A stretch of DNA of 64,000 nucleotides from contig NW_015169194.1 of NCBI RefSeq assembly GCF_001447785.1, positions 730,854 through 794,853 on the forward strand, read 5' to 3'. Numbering within the stretch: position 1 is the stretch's first letter; each line of letters starts with the position of its first letter. This DNA is from Gekko japonicus (lineage: Eukaryota). The notes beneath the pieces were generated by a model. It worked only from the letters and a program-made list of their open reading frames with translations. It made no database searches and was not told the origin of the DNA. The position numbers were made by a program, and so were the translations under genes. Below, one piece after another: positions 11,472-23,882 of the stretch.

Positions 11472-12529
11472 TCTAAACTAAATTTTGTACTTTAACAATT
11501 TAAAAGCCGTTATTTATAACTTCCTTAGGATATAAAATTGCAATATTTGATATATTTATTGGATTTAAAAGATGTGCTTTAGTTTTCTACAGTCAGTCAA
11601 AATTGTAAATATACCCAGTATTTGAGATAAAACTGTAAGCTGACATACCGTCTGCTACGTTAGCACATGTACCTTAGTTCCAGCTAGATGCTGTCATCGT
11701 CTTTCTGTGGTTCACCTCTCAATGAAACTTCTGCCCCACCTCCTTCTGATATTTTTTCCTTCCAGCAAGGAATGGCAGTAAGCTACTTTCTGGGTATAGA
11801 TGTCACAGTGGTTTGAGGGAGAGGTGCAAAGGTAAACCACAAGGGAAGGGTCAGATCCAAAGGACAACAGAAGGCAATGAAAGCCCTGCATGCTCCCCTC
11901 ATGAAGTTTAGGTATCCTTCTAGGTGCAGAAATGCATCTTGGATTTAAGAACTGTATATGTCTACAGCATGCCCACCTTGTCTTTAAAAGAATTTCATTC
12001 TTTCTAAAAGAGAAAATATTTCATATGAATTTTTTCAGGATTCCCCAAAGTTTTTCCATCAGAAAAATTGAAGGAAAAAAGGCTTCGGGCTAAAAGCAAC
12101 CTGTCACAATCTATCAGGCTGACTTAACTCACAAGATTATGGCTGTTGTGCAGGTTAAGCAAAGGAAGGGAGAACAATGTGAAAAGCTGCTTTGGGTCCT
12201 GATTAGGGAGAAAAGCAGGATATAAAATAAATAAATTGTTCCCTCTTGATCCGCTCTTCTGCAGCTTGGCTAATATCTTGCGACCTGAGTGTCTTGTCTA
12301 CAGAGCTTCTGTGCTACCACTTAGCTGAATTAGTCTGATTAGCCTCTCAAATGGAGATTAAAATCAGAAAGTGATGGTCACGTTATTTGAAACATCCATT
12401 CTGCATTTTCAGGTAGATTATCAGGACTGAACCACAAGGGAGAGGGTTGACCAAAAGTGAATTATGTGTGAGCTCTATAACTCTGGGCATGCTGACTGGA
12501 ATGGGTCATACAGACCACTTCATGTACAG

Positions 12530-13440
12530 TGGCTCTCAATTTGCTACACTAGGCTCAATTCAAGGATCAGCTTACCTGAAGGACTGCCTACTCCCATATG
12601 AACCTGCCTGACAGCTTCTGTCATCTTTGGAGGCTCTGCTTCAGGCTCTGCTTCAGGTGCCCCCATCATCTGAGGCTAGATTGGTAGCAACCCATGGGGC
12701 CTCAATTTTGGAACTTCATTCCTGGGGAGGTTCATCTGTCTCCCTCTGTTGCTGTCTTCTGCCAGTGGCTGAAGAATTTTTTGTTTGGTTTGGTGTTCCC
12801 CTCACTAACTCTTAGTAGCTGTTTGTGTGGGGATTTTTTGGTGTTTGTATTTTTATGTTTTATATTTTTATTTAATTGTTTTTATTATTTCAAATATATC
12901 TGTATTTTAAATGTATTTAATGACTGAAATGTTTTAATGCAGGGGTGTTAAACATGCAGCCCGGGGGCCGGATCAGGCCCCCGGAGGGCTTCTATCAGGC
13001 CCACAGTGGGACTGGCTGTCTTCTCCTGCTTCTTCCAGTTCTGTTGCTGCTGCGTCATCATAGGTTTGCAGCTTACAGATACACACCTGAACAGCATACT
13101 CAAGATTGCAACAGCACAGACATTTTGACGCCATAATCCAGAGCAAGAGGTGTCAGTTATTAGACACTGTTAAATGAACAAAATATTGTAAGAGTGCTAA
13201 TGTTTTAAGCATGTTTTTATTTTAAGTAAAAAAAAAAACCTTTGTGTTCGTGTCCTTTATAAAGTTTATATCTCCACTACATGGCATGACATTTTATGGC
13301 ACACATGGCCCAGCCCAACAAGGTCTCATTTATGTCAGATCCGGCCCTTGTAACAAATGAGTTCGACACCCTTGTTTTAATGTTTGCTGCCTTGCAGACC
13401 CTGGATTAGATGGAAAGGCAACACAGAAATATTTTAAATT
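12530..13440 (+). mobile_element. L2 3' fragment interrupted by a hAT
   Basis: YLKDCLLPYEPA-type end and AT-rich tail. Confidence 0.65.
12940..13374. mobile_element. hAT-Charlie-like non-autonomous element
   Basis: TIRs caggggtgttaaac / gttcgacacccttg; TSD ttttaatg. Confidence 0.88.
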
Positions 13441-13513
13441 AAAAAAAATAAAAGGGTAACTTGAAATATCTTTTGTTTTTAGGTAAATCTCAGTATTTTA
13501 TGGTTATTTTCAG

Positions 13514-13654
13514 AACAAAGCCTTTACCCATAATGTTTTATTACCTATGCTGGACATGGATGCTGAAATGCCAGTTTGGTCTTTATCAGACAAAGAAGAA
13601 ACAGAAGAAACAGTTTCATTATATGAACGATTTAATGAACACACATATCAGAAG
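13514..13654 (+). CDS. LVRN: LVRN exon (~7), catalytic Tyr
   Basis: ttttcag|AAC; NKAFTHNVLLPMLDMDAEMPVWSLSDKEETEETVSLYERFNEHTYQK|gtaagt. Confidence 0.88.
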
Positions 13655-14545
13655 GTAAGTACTAAGTTATTGTACAAGAATATTTACACATGAAAAGAAA
13701 CAGCATTGAATTGTCACTGAAAATCACTGTGGCAATAATTTTATCACATGACACAAACTAAGGACCCTGGTGTTTCTGTTGAAATGAATGGTTGGCAGAG
13801 CCTTTATGACAAGGGGAACCTACATGCATATCAAAGCTCCATGGAGAGAGATAAATTAGTAATTAGGAGTAATATGTGGAAGCATGCTCCATTCAAATCA
13901 GTAGTTCTTGTTTCCATATTATGTGCACAAAGCTACCCATGTGATCATGTGTACACATAGATTGGTGCAAACTTGAAATTGTTGAATTACCTCTTGCCTT
14001 ATACTTACAAAGGGGTCTGAAGAGGTACAGGCGCCATTCAGCAAGCACATGTCCTTAGCTTAATGTGATTAGAGAAGAGAGTCTCCAAGGCATTAGCATG
14101 ATTGTAAGACAGGTTTGAGTCCTTTACAGAATTTCATAAGAGATGTTACAAGTGTCTTTTATTCTCTAGTACATCATTTATTAATGTTACAAAGGGAGCC
14201 ATAGAATACAGATACTCATTGATGTGTCTTTTTCGTTGGATGCAAACAAGGAACATTCATATACTGTTATTAGTACATAAACATTCTTTTAGTGGTACAC
14301 TGACCTTGCATTCCTGTTTGTCTGGTGTGTTAAAAAAAGAATTCCTTCTGTAGTTTTTGTCAAATATTTAGATATTCAGTTACCTAAATAATCAAAGCTT
14401 TTTATATGTGACTAAGGAAAACAGTTTTGAAGAACTAATGTGCAACATAATGAAGTAAGAGAAGCATATTTTGAATGTGAATGTCAATATTAACTGTTTT
14501 ATATTTTCATAAGTACCATTTTTTCTTCCTTTTTAAATAATTCAG

Positions 14546-14611
14546 GGGGCTTCCATTGTCCGAATGCTTTCCAGCTTTGTAAGTGAAAAACTATTCATCA
14601 AAGCACTTAAT
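14546..14611 (+). CDS. LVRN: LVRN exon (~8)
   Basis: GASIVRMLSSFVSEKLFIKALN; cag/gtaagt. Confidence 0.92.
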
Positions 14612-14716
14612 GTAAGTTTGGTAAAATAAATGCACAAATAAAATTTCAGAAAAGTGACTAAGGATGGATTCATTTAAAAATGTGTGAATTGCTTAATGGT
14701 TTTTGTTTTATTGCAG

Positions 14717-14782
14717 TCATACATGAATGAGTTTTCATTTGCAAATGCCATCCAGGATGATCTTTGGAGTCACATTCAAAAG
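14717..14782 (+). CDS. LVRN: LVRN exon (~9)
   Basis: SYMNEFSFANAIQDDLWSHIQK; gcag/gtgatt. Confidence 0.92.
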
Positions 14783-15109
14783 GTGATTAAAACATGTATT
14801 TTTTTTCTATCAGTCATTATAACAAATGGGACAGTGTCTACCCTAACAAGACTCACAGTATATGCCTGGCTGTTCTGTCAGCCTGGGCTCATAGGTCAGC
14901 ATCATCTTTCTTCTCCATTGTCTTGCTTTGTTTCTGCTCATGTCTATGTGACTGTGTTTATTTAAATAGTCAGAGATAAAAGCTTCCACGTTAGGCTTCA
15001 GGTATTTGTCTAAGCAGTCTTTCCATGGGCCCTGTGCTGATAGCTGGGATATTGTTTCTCAGTCCTTGGCTTGCTCCTGTTTGACTCCAGTCCAGTGCCT
15101 TCCTTAGTT

Positions 15110-15464
15110 TCTTCAAGTGGGTAGCGGTGTTGGTCTGAAGCAGCAGAACAAAGTTTGAGTCCAGTGGCACCTTTAAGACCAACAGAGTTTTATTCAAGAT
15201 ATAAGCTTTCATGTGCAAGCACACTTCTTTAGATACAGTGAAACAAGATGTCCTCAACCATTACATAATGGGGAGGGGGTTAGTTGCTAGGAATGGCTAG
15301 TTAGAGTCAAGACGCATAAGTAAGTGGGCGATTATAGCTGAGATTGGATTAAAGCGGTTGGTAAGATCTGTGAATAGCAGTAAATTAGAAACAGATCTGA
15401 GAACTGAGTCCGAGTCCTGCGCACAACGGCTTATACCTTGAATAAAACTTTGTTAGTCTTAAAG
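15110..15464 (-). mobile_element. Penelope-like fragment with inverted terminal piece
   Basis: 11-bp TSD cttccttagtt; 15421-15464 is an inverted copy of ~15171-15216. Confidence 0.75.
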
Positions 15465-16530
15465 CTTCCTTAGTTCCTGTTCTCATTCCCCCTTATGTTA
15501 ACTGCTTAGTGTCTAATGATATGTTATGGTTTCTCTGTGCCCTTCCTAGGTTCATGCAGTTAGACATGTGTTGCAAGCTTGAGCTGGAAACTCAGTTTTC
15601 CCAGGTGTGTGGTGACCTTGTTTGGATCAGGTCCATGGGGCATGGGGAGAAGTAGCTTATGCTTTCTTCCCATGCCATTTTCTGAATCTAGAACTGTCAT
15701 CAATGGGGACTCTGCATGTATCGATAGGGTTCAACTAAGTTTCCCCAGTGGGGCACATATTGACCCACTAGAGCTGTTTCCCAGTATGGCGGAGAGTATG
15801 AAGGGCTTTCTCTTTGGATTCTGTGATCCCAGTCCAAATTGGATCCACACACACCTGGGAATTGAATTCCCAACATGGAACTCCAGGCACGTATTAGATT
15901 GCACAGATCCGAGGAGGACCCGGGGAGAGCATAATACGTAGTAGTGATTTCCACTGTGCTTTGTCACCTGGATTGGACCGATACACCAGTCCCTGACTCC
16001 GGTTGCCTTCTAGCTGTTACATAGCTTGTTTCTTTTGGTCCTCCTATTGACATCTTTTCCAGAATGACTGTGCTTGCTGTAATGATGTTGTCTGCGTATC
16101 TGACTTGGGCAAGATCCTATTGTGGGAGTTCCCGCTGTCTCCATTGAGAGCTCCCTACTCTTGTCCTTCAGCCCCGAGCCTTCCCTGCCTTAAGCCAGCC
16201 TCAGAAATGTGGGTAGAGGGAACCTGGGGGCATGCTCCATCTAGTCCCTCTGTCCAAGTGGTTCTGCAGCACATACTCAGCAGACTCTACACATGCTCTC
16301 CTCCCCAGCCAGTGTTCAAGGTTCTTCTTTTACCCTACCAGCCTCCCGTTATGCCCTCCTTCCCCTTCCTTCCCTCTCCCCAATTGCAGCCTGTGCAAGC
16401 CCATTAAAGCCCATATGCTCATTCCATATACCTTCTCCCTGTCACCTCTTAGGGAGACCAATAATACAGCACCAGGCCTATCTGAAGCATTATCTGTCTT
16501 ACTAGATAAAGAGGCAATTGTGGAGGTTCC

Positions 16531-17061
16531 TGTTGAGGTTAACTGGTGTGGTTAGTCCACTCACCATTAGTTAGCAGAGTACTTAAATAAAGCTACAAAT
16601 GCAGGAGTGTCATTTTACCAGGTTACTCAGCTTACAAAACTACATGGAGCCACAGCTTACAAAGCTACACAGAGCCACCTTGCAAGTTTAGAAGAGAAAT
16701 ACTTCTCTCTTTATTTGAGAAGTACACTTTGGATAGGAAAGAGCAGAGATTGATAGATTACTAACTTACTAGCTAAAGGATGGAAGCAGATGGCGAGACG
16801 CCCATCTGCCTCATGGTGCCAAGAGAGGACCGCATATCCTTCTCTTGGTGTGTGCAGATAGAGAGCACGTCTTCATCCAGAATGAGAGAGAAGGAGAAGG
16901 GGAAATTGATCCCTGAGAGCACAATCTGCATATCAAAGAGGACAGTGGCAGAAGAGTAGATACAGGAAGAAAGGTCAGTTTGCCTATCTAGCTATCTAGT
17001 CTCTCTTGTCACTCAGTCCGGAGGTCTGAGACAGGGGACATCGCATCTGGAACTTTCAACA
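16531..17061 (-). mobile_element. Solo LTR (Copia-like termini) in DIRS B RT
   Basis: TGTTGA...TCAACA; 5-bp TSD gttcc; removal rejoins RT (EVP|ESQ). Confidence 0.85.
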
Positions 17062-17489
17062 GTTCCAGAATCTCAGATGCGTGATGGTTTCTTTTCAGGC
17101 ATGTTCCTAGTAGATATAAAATATGGTGTGGTCAGACCAATTTTATATCTCAGGAATCTGAATGTCTTTATGTCTGTTTAAAAGTTTCGCATATTATCCT
17201 TTCCTTCAGTTTTACAATTATTAAAGTCTAACTTCTGGTTTATTGTTATTGACTTGAAAGATGCCTACTTTCACATCTGTATTTGTGCTCAACATAGTAA
17301 ATTCCTTCATTTTTCATGTGGGAAACAGGTGTTTCAGTATACTGTTTCACCCGTTGGTTTAGCCACTGCATCAAGGGTATTTATGAAGTGCCTAGCTCTT
17401 GTGGTTGCTTATTTTATTTATTTATTTATTACATTAGATTTGCTAGGCTGTCCTTACCTACAGGTGGAGCTGACCATTGCATGTATCAC

Positions 17490-19368
17490 GGAGCTTCCGG
17501 TTTACGACGACACGCTGGCGGATGCATCTCCCGGACCTCCTGGGGATGTGATCTGCGCACCAGCGGATAGGAGGGGGTGTGACGGGTCACCACCACCCTG
17601 GAGCCTTGGCAAAAGGCTCCTAGCCATGGGGCCTTTGAGGGGCAACCTCTTCACCAGCATGATGCTGGGGAATTGAGGTGCTCCTCTGCCCCGACGGTCC
17701 TGCCGCTGAGTGTCTGTATGGATCTAGAGCCGCTGACCGGGACAAGCGTCGGAGATCGAGCATTTTAAACATGTTCTGAGTGAGGTCGTATGACCAACAA
17801 TGAACAGTGAGTCGGGTTAAAGCGAAGACGGGAATATATAAAGAAAGCTCCCCCCAGGAACGACGAGAGAAGCGAGCGGGGGAGGGGCCCCTCCCATACA
17901 CATGAACTAAACAACTGAATACTTAGAGGGGAGTGGAAGAAAAAGCGTTGAAATCTGTTTTGAGAGACTTACCAGAGTGCGGATAAGCGTATGGGCGTAT
18001 TTCAGAGACTTTAGCAAGTTTTCATAAAAGTAAACAATCCATAAAGATGGCGGGGAAGAGGGCAGAGAAAGACAAACCAGTAAAAGTGAAACCAGCCAGC
18101 TTGAGCCCTCGACCGGAAGAGACCACCGAGCTTTCCAAAATGTTGGCAGAGCCCTTGCGCCCTCTGCTGGATCAGATGACTAACATTGAACAACAGCTGA
18201 CAAATCTAAACCAGAATCTAGCAACTCAGCAGCTCCAACTGACTGAGACTTTAAAAATAACGGAGCAAATGGCTGAGAAGGTGAAGGAAATGGACGCCAA
18301 TGCCAAAAAAGTTAAGAAAAAGGTGCAAAAGCTGGAAAAGAAACAAGTCTCTGAAGAATCACAACTTTTACAGCTGCAAATGGAGAAAGCAAATTTCGTC
18401 CTATGGTTTCAAGGGGTCCCAGAATTAAAAGACGAGAATCTAAAGCAACTCTTGAGTGAAGCATTAGCCCCAGTTACGGATTTGAAAGCGGAATATCTTG
18501 TAAACAAAATGGATGTGGTCTACAGAGCCTATTCCGTGTACATCAAGAAGAATAATCTGCCTGGGGAGATAGTGGTCAAATTCTCGAAGAGGCACGTGAG
18601 GGATTTAATCCTGAAAGCAACTACAGGAACACCCTTGAAAATCGGGGACAACATTATCAGGATTTTAAAAGACATCCCATTTGAAATAAGGCAAAAGAGG
18701 AAGAAATACAAAGACTTAATCCTTTTTCTACAAACAAATAGCATTGCCTACAGATGGCAAATTCCAGAAGACGTCAGTTTTAAAATACACAATAAAAATG
18801 AAAAGATTGACTCTGTCTTTAAAGCACGTGAGTTCCTGAGAGTGCAGCTGGGAGAGAAAGCCGAGGACGGCAAGGAAGAAGATGACAGCAAATTCAGTGG
18901 CGAATTGGACTTGGGGTCTTCCGATGAGGACTGTTTCCAATAAGGGAGCGGGTGCACCCAAACGTGCATATCAATTGAGGATTAGAAAAGATAAAACAAA
19001 GTGAAGGCTGAAGGACTCTGAATTGTGCCTTAAAATTCTGTTTTTATTATGGATGATGCTCTTGGGTTTCTCTTTGAGCAGTTATATTTATGGATAAAAA
19101 GATAAATAATTTAGCATAACCGACTATGTTCAAAGTAATACTAGCAATTTAAGATTAATACCTAAATAAGCTGTTGTTATGATCTCCTATTCTTGAGGTT
19201 TTAGTTATTAGTGGTTTTCTTTCCTTTCTCCCTAGATGTAGTTCCCCCTTCCTATTTTTTCATTGTAATTTTTAGTTTATTAAAAAATGCAATAAATGCC
19301 CCTCTGTTTGTAGTTTATTAAAAAAATGTAATAACTGCCCCTCTGCCCCCCCCAAAAAAAACAACAAA
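17490..19368 (+). mobile_element. Full-length L1-ORF1-only (HAL1-like) retroelement
   Basis: TSD attgcatgtatcac (17476-17489 / 19373-19386); 5' GGAGCTTCCGGTTT; CpG-rich 5'UTR; one ORF; AATAAA and A-rich tail; no ORF2. Confidence 0.85.
18047..18943 (+). CDS. L1 ORF1p-like protein (coiled coil, RRM, CTD), intact 298 aa
   Basis: Heptad-rich N-terminus; FQGVPE, P.EIVVKF, DIPFEIRQKRKKY, YRWQIPE motifs; aagATGg start. Confidence 0.85.
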   Translation: MAGKRAEKDKPVKVKPASLSPRPEETTELSKMLAEPLRPLLDQMTNIEQQLTNLNQNLATQQLQLTETLKITEQMAEKVKEMDANAKKVKKKVQKLEKKQVSEESQLLQLQMEKANFVLWFQGVPELKDENLKQLLSEALAPVTDLKAEYLVNKMDVVYRAYSVYIKKNNLPGEIVVKFSKRHVRDLILKATTGTPLKIGDNIIRILKDIPFEIRQKRKKYKDLILFLQTNSIAYRWQIPEDVSFKIHNKNEKIDSVFKAREFLRVQLGEKAEDGKEEDDSKFSGELDLGSSDEDCFQ

Positions 19369-22067
19369 GACAATTGCATGTATCACTGTGGCTAGGTCGG
19401 GGCGAGACAGGTAGGTAGCCAGTTGCCTAACCTGGTACAGTTGGAGAAATGCCAGCCTGGCAACTTTTGCACCCTGGGTCGCCATAGACAAGAAGGAGCC
19501 CAAAGTCATGCCCAGGCTCTTGATGGTCTGTGCCAGTGATAGAGGCACACCCTCAAGAGTTGGGCGTTGACAACCCAACCGAGGCGCTCCTCCACCCAGC
19601 CAACAGGACCTTCATCTTACCTGGATTCAGTTTCAGCTGACTTTGTTTTAACCATCTCACCACAGCATCCAAACTCTCAGCTAAGTTCCTGGGAATGACA
19701 GTTGGCTGGCCGCCTATCAACAGAAATAGATGGGTGTCATCAACATATTGGTATTCTTGAGTATGTAGTCACTCTGACTACAGATGCTTCACTTATTGGT
19801 TGGGGTGCTCATTGTGAAGCACTTTCTGCCCAAGTGACATGGTCTCATCAGGAAAAACAGCTACATATTAATCTTTTAGCGTTACAGGCCGTTTGCCATG
19901 CCCTTAGCTGTTTTGCAGATATCCTTTGGAACTGCTCCATCTTAATCCAGACAGACAATATGGTTACGATGTTCTACTTGAACAAGCAAGGGGGAATGGG
20001 TTCCAGAATGTTAGGTGGCCGCAATGGTGTGGTCCATGGCACTGAAGCTCAGCACTTCCCTTCATGTTATCCATATTTCCCTTCATGTTATCCATATTTT
20101 GGGGATTATAAAGAAGTAAGCAGACAAAGCAAGACCAGGACACACTCTCATGAGTGGTCCATCAAGGACACTTACCTAGATCCAGTTTTTGCCCTATCTG
20201 GGCTCCTGGATGTGGACTTGTTTGTCACAGAGAAGAGCACAAAGGCTGCCAGGTTTTGTTCCTGGGCTGGGATAGGCCCAGCTTCTCTCAGGGATGCCTT
20301 TCAGATTTCTTGGAAAGGGGCCCTTTTTTATGCATTTACCCCTTTTCTGCTGCTCATCAGAGTCATAGAGAGGGTCAGGAGGGAAGGGAGGGATATGATT
20401 CTTATAGCTACTTTTTGGCCCCACCAGATTTGGTTTCCTCCCCTAATAAACGTGCCCCAGGGTCGGCATGTCCCTCTTCCTAAACAGCCAGGTTCTACAT
20501 CATGATGTAGGTTGCCTCAATTTGATGGCATGGAGTCTCCAGATAGGGATCTAACCTTCCCACAAGAGGTTAGTGAGGTTCTCCTGCACTCACGCAAACC
20601 TGCTACTAGGAGGTCTTATATGTACAAATGGATCATTTTCCCCTTTGGAGTAATTTTCCCCTTACAAGCTATATTAGATTACCTACTAGGTTTGAGAACA
20701 AAAGGTTTGACCTTTTTGTCTCTTAAAGTGCACCTTGCAGCCATCTTCTGTTACTTCTTTGGAACTGAAGAGGAATCAGTTTTTTCTCACCATTTATATA
20801 AAAGGTTTCTCAAAGGCTTATTCAACCTTTTCTCTTCCCAGGACCCACTGGTTTCACAGTGGTCTCTTTTGGTAGTTTTGGGCCACCTAATGTTGAAACC
20901 ATTTGGCCCTTGGCTGTGTGTTCATTGGCAGAACTTTCCATGAAAGTCTGTTTCTTGGTGGCCATTACTTTGTTTAGGAGAGTTAGTGAACTAGCGGCCT
21001 TAAGGGTGGACACCCCCCCCTGTTTTTAAAAGTTTGCCCTGAGATGGTAGTTCTCAGACCCAGCCTTCATTTTCTCCTGAAGGCTGTCTCTAGATTTCAC
21101 TTATCCCAAGAAATGATTCTACCTGTGTTCTTCCCTTTGCCAAGTTCTGAAAATGAGAAAGTGTTGCATTCATTAGATATTAGAAGGCCTTTATTATTGT
21201 ACTTTAAAAAGGACATTGGAGTTTCATAGAGACAAAGCACTTTTTGTGTGTTTTGCTGGCCCTAATACGGGTAAAAGTGCTTCACCCCAGACCCTGTCCC
21301 ATTGGATTGTTTCTGCCATCAGAGAATACTGTGCCCAAGCTAAATTGCCTTGTCCCTTAAACATACATGCCCATTCGACCAGGGCAATGGCTTCCTCTGC
21401 AGCGTTCTTCGATGGAGTGCTGTTCACCGAAATCTGTCAGGCCGTCACGTGGTCTTTAGTGGACACCTTCATGTGCCACTATGCCTTGGACCTGCTGGCG
21501 AGACAAGAAGCACGAGTGGGCAAACCAGTTCTTCATTCTCTGTTCAAGTGAAGAGAGCATTTCCCACCACCTGGTGAATAGCTTGTTAGAATTCCCATGT
21601 GGGACTGCAAGAAGATCGATAATGAAAACAGGATTGCACTTACCTATAACTGTTGTTCATTGAGTATCTTCTGTGCAGGCACACATACCCTCCCTCCCTC
21701 CCGCCCGCCCTGTTGTATGCTTTCTTGCTTCAGCGGCAAAAGAGGAACTGAGGGTGGGGGCACTGCAACTCCAGAGCACGTGATCCCTGGGTGGGAAAAA
21801 GAGCTTCTGGCTCCGGCATACAGTGCCACCTGGAGGCTTTTAGCTATAAAACCTCTCTGTGGGCAGGCCTGCTCATGCACAGTCTCCATGTGTGCCTGCA
21901 CAGAAAATACACGATGAACAACAGTTACAGGTAAGTGCAAACCTGTTTTCTTTGCAAAGAATGAAATGTCATCTGGTACTTAGGATCTGAAATCTCTGAT
22001 ACGGGAATAAATATAAAATATTTTTAAAATGAACAAAATTATTTCTAACCCAAAACATTTCTCCTAG

Positions 22068-22237
22068 ATAGTAGATGAACAGACTAACCTCCAATTGCCA
22101 GCACCAATAAAAGTTATAATGGACTCTTGGACATGCCAGCCTGGCTTTCCATTCCTAACTGTAAATCTGTCCACTGGGAATATCAGCCAGGAGCAGTTTC
22201 ATGATGAAAAAGACAAGAATGATACCAGTACTTCCAA
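22068..22237 (+). CDS. LVRN: LVRN exon (~10)
   Basis: IVDEQTNLQLPAPIKVIMDSWTCQPGFPFLTVNLSTGNISQEQF...; ctag/gtatgc. Confidence 0.92.
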
Positions 22238-23667
22238 GTATGCACAGTTTAGCTTATTTTTTTTTTGGGGGGGGGAAGCACTGAGATGCATCTTGTGTTT
22301 CAGAAATGTATTAGCTGTTTTACTTGTTTCCTGTCATATGAAACTGAAAGGCTACTTCTGGGTTGGTTCCAATTTTTGTTCATGCTTTCCTAGTTCCCCT
22401 TCTTAATATAGCACCTGTCACACAGGGCTTTTGTTCATGCAGGTCCCATTATCCCCAGCATAGCTGTTTTGATGGTCAGTGGTGACTCACTCCTCCTTTT
22501 ATCACCAGTGGAAAAGCTAATTGGATCCAGGCCATTTCTAAATAGCAAAACAGGGTGACAGTTTGTGAGAATGGGTGATTCTGCATCTGGCATTCGCTCC
22601 ATATTTTCTCAACTGCAGCTCAAAAATACATAAAGGTGGAATCTGCATTTGTCTTTCCCACCAGTGTCCCAGCCTTTTGACTCCGTCTTCAAAAAAGCTG
22701 TCTACATTTGGTGTCGTTTTCACACCTCAAGAGTGCTAGCATACTTTTGCACGTCCACATATGTTTATCATCCTTTGGGGCAGGTCCACTGTCATTGCAC
22801 CTCTGCACTGCTTTAAAAGAATCTTCTCCAAACAGCATTCAAACAAGCATAGAGAAAGATGGCATCACAGCAGCATGAAAATGATTTTAAAATGCAAATG
22901 CAGATTTGGCTTCAAATACCTCGGGGCAATGCCATACTGAATGCAAAGTCACTCCTGAACAGCTATAAATCTATGCAGAAGGTACCATAAAACCCGACAA
23001 TTAAAGAAAGTCAAAATGGCATGCAGTCTGGAAGGTACTATAAAATCTGATGATCAAAGGAAGTGAAAGTAGCATGCAATGCAGAGGGGAATTTCTGTTC
23101 CAACTTGTTTTTTGTAAAACAATGGAGGGAAAAGCCAATGCAGAATCAGCCAGGGATGGGGAGGGCTTGGGAATCTGGGAGGAATCCGCTGCTGCTAGAA
23201 GGGAAATACCACCTAGGACCTTCATTTTCAGAGACTAGAATAAGGAGCAGCTCAGTTTCTGTTCTTCAGGTCAATGACAGGGCAGCTAGAATGGTCAGGC
23301 CAAAGAGTGAGAATGAGAGCAGTGGTACAGCACTTAAGCTAAAATAATATGCATTTTTATAAGTTTGTCATTATCTAGATTCCTCTATGCAATGCCAGTG
23401 TTAATACCTTTCTGCATGCTGTGCTTATTTGCCAAAACGTAATTCTTGTGATGTGGGGATTCCTGCAAAACAAAGCAGAAAGAGTTCAGAGATTATGAGA
23501 ACTCTGCCATAGCCTATAGCAAGGAAGCCTTACTTCATATTTGCATGGTCTGTAATGTATGACAAACACCAAAGAAGAAATGAAAAAGAGAATGAAAAAA
23601 GTTAGTGTTTGAACAGTTTATTTACATATTTCTTAACCTTCATTATCCACTTTTGTTTTTAATTAAG

Positions 23668-23744
23668 TAACACCTGGATTATACCGATTTCTTGGATAAG
23701 AAATGGAACTGTACAGCCTTTAGTATGGCTTGATAAGAAAAGCA
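23668..23744 (+). CDS. LVRN: LVRN exon (~11)
   Basis: NTWIIPISWIRNGTVQPLVWLDKKS; aag/gtaagt. Confidence 0.92.
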
Positions 23745-23819
23745 GTAAGTATTTTTATTAAATTCAAGAAAGCCTCTACTGTTTGCAGCACAGAATCTAG
23801 AATGGATGTAACAAATATC

Positions 23820-23882
23820 AATTCAATTCAAAACCTTTATTGGCATGGATCAGAATCATAAACAGTCACCCTTCAGTTCATG
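23820..23882 (-). mobile_element. Micro-insertion of a non-LTR 3' tail
   Basis: TSD gtaacaaatatc; minus strand ...ccaataaaggttttgaattgaatt. Confidence 0.7.

Larger units (their letters stand above)
17412..19690 (-). mobile_element. L2 fragment in DIRS B, split by the ORF1-only element
   Basis: (TTTA)n tail at 17412; RT C-terminus LKLNPGK...KSLG...LATVIHA at 19370-19690 continuing at 17489. Confidence 0.8.
15550..21950 (+). mobile_element. DIRS1-like retrotransposon B (degenerate; 5' boundary uncertain)
   Basis: RT (DLKDAYFHI), RNase H (LTTDASLIGWGAH, QTDN), MT-like (DVDLF, LFYAF), frameshifted YR (HAHSTRA, FMCHY); 21624-21686 inverted with 21888-21950. Confidence 0.88.

Noticed and set aside
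18047-18943. Domesticated L1TD1-like host gene
   Set aside because: Flanked by a TSD and A-tail and nested in other transposons, so a mobile copy.
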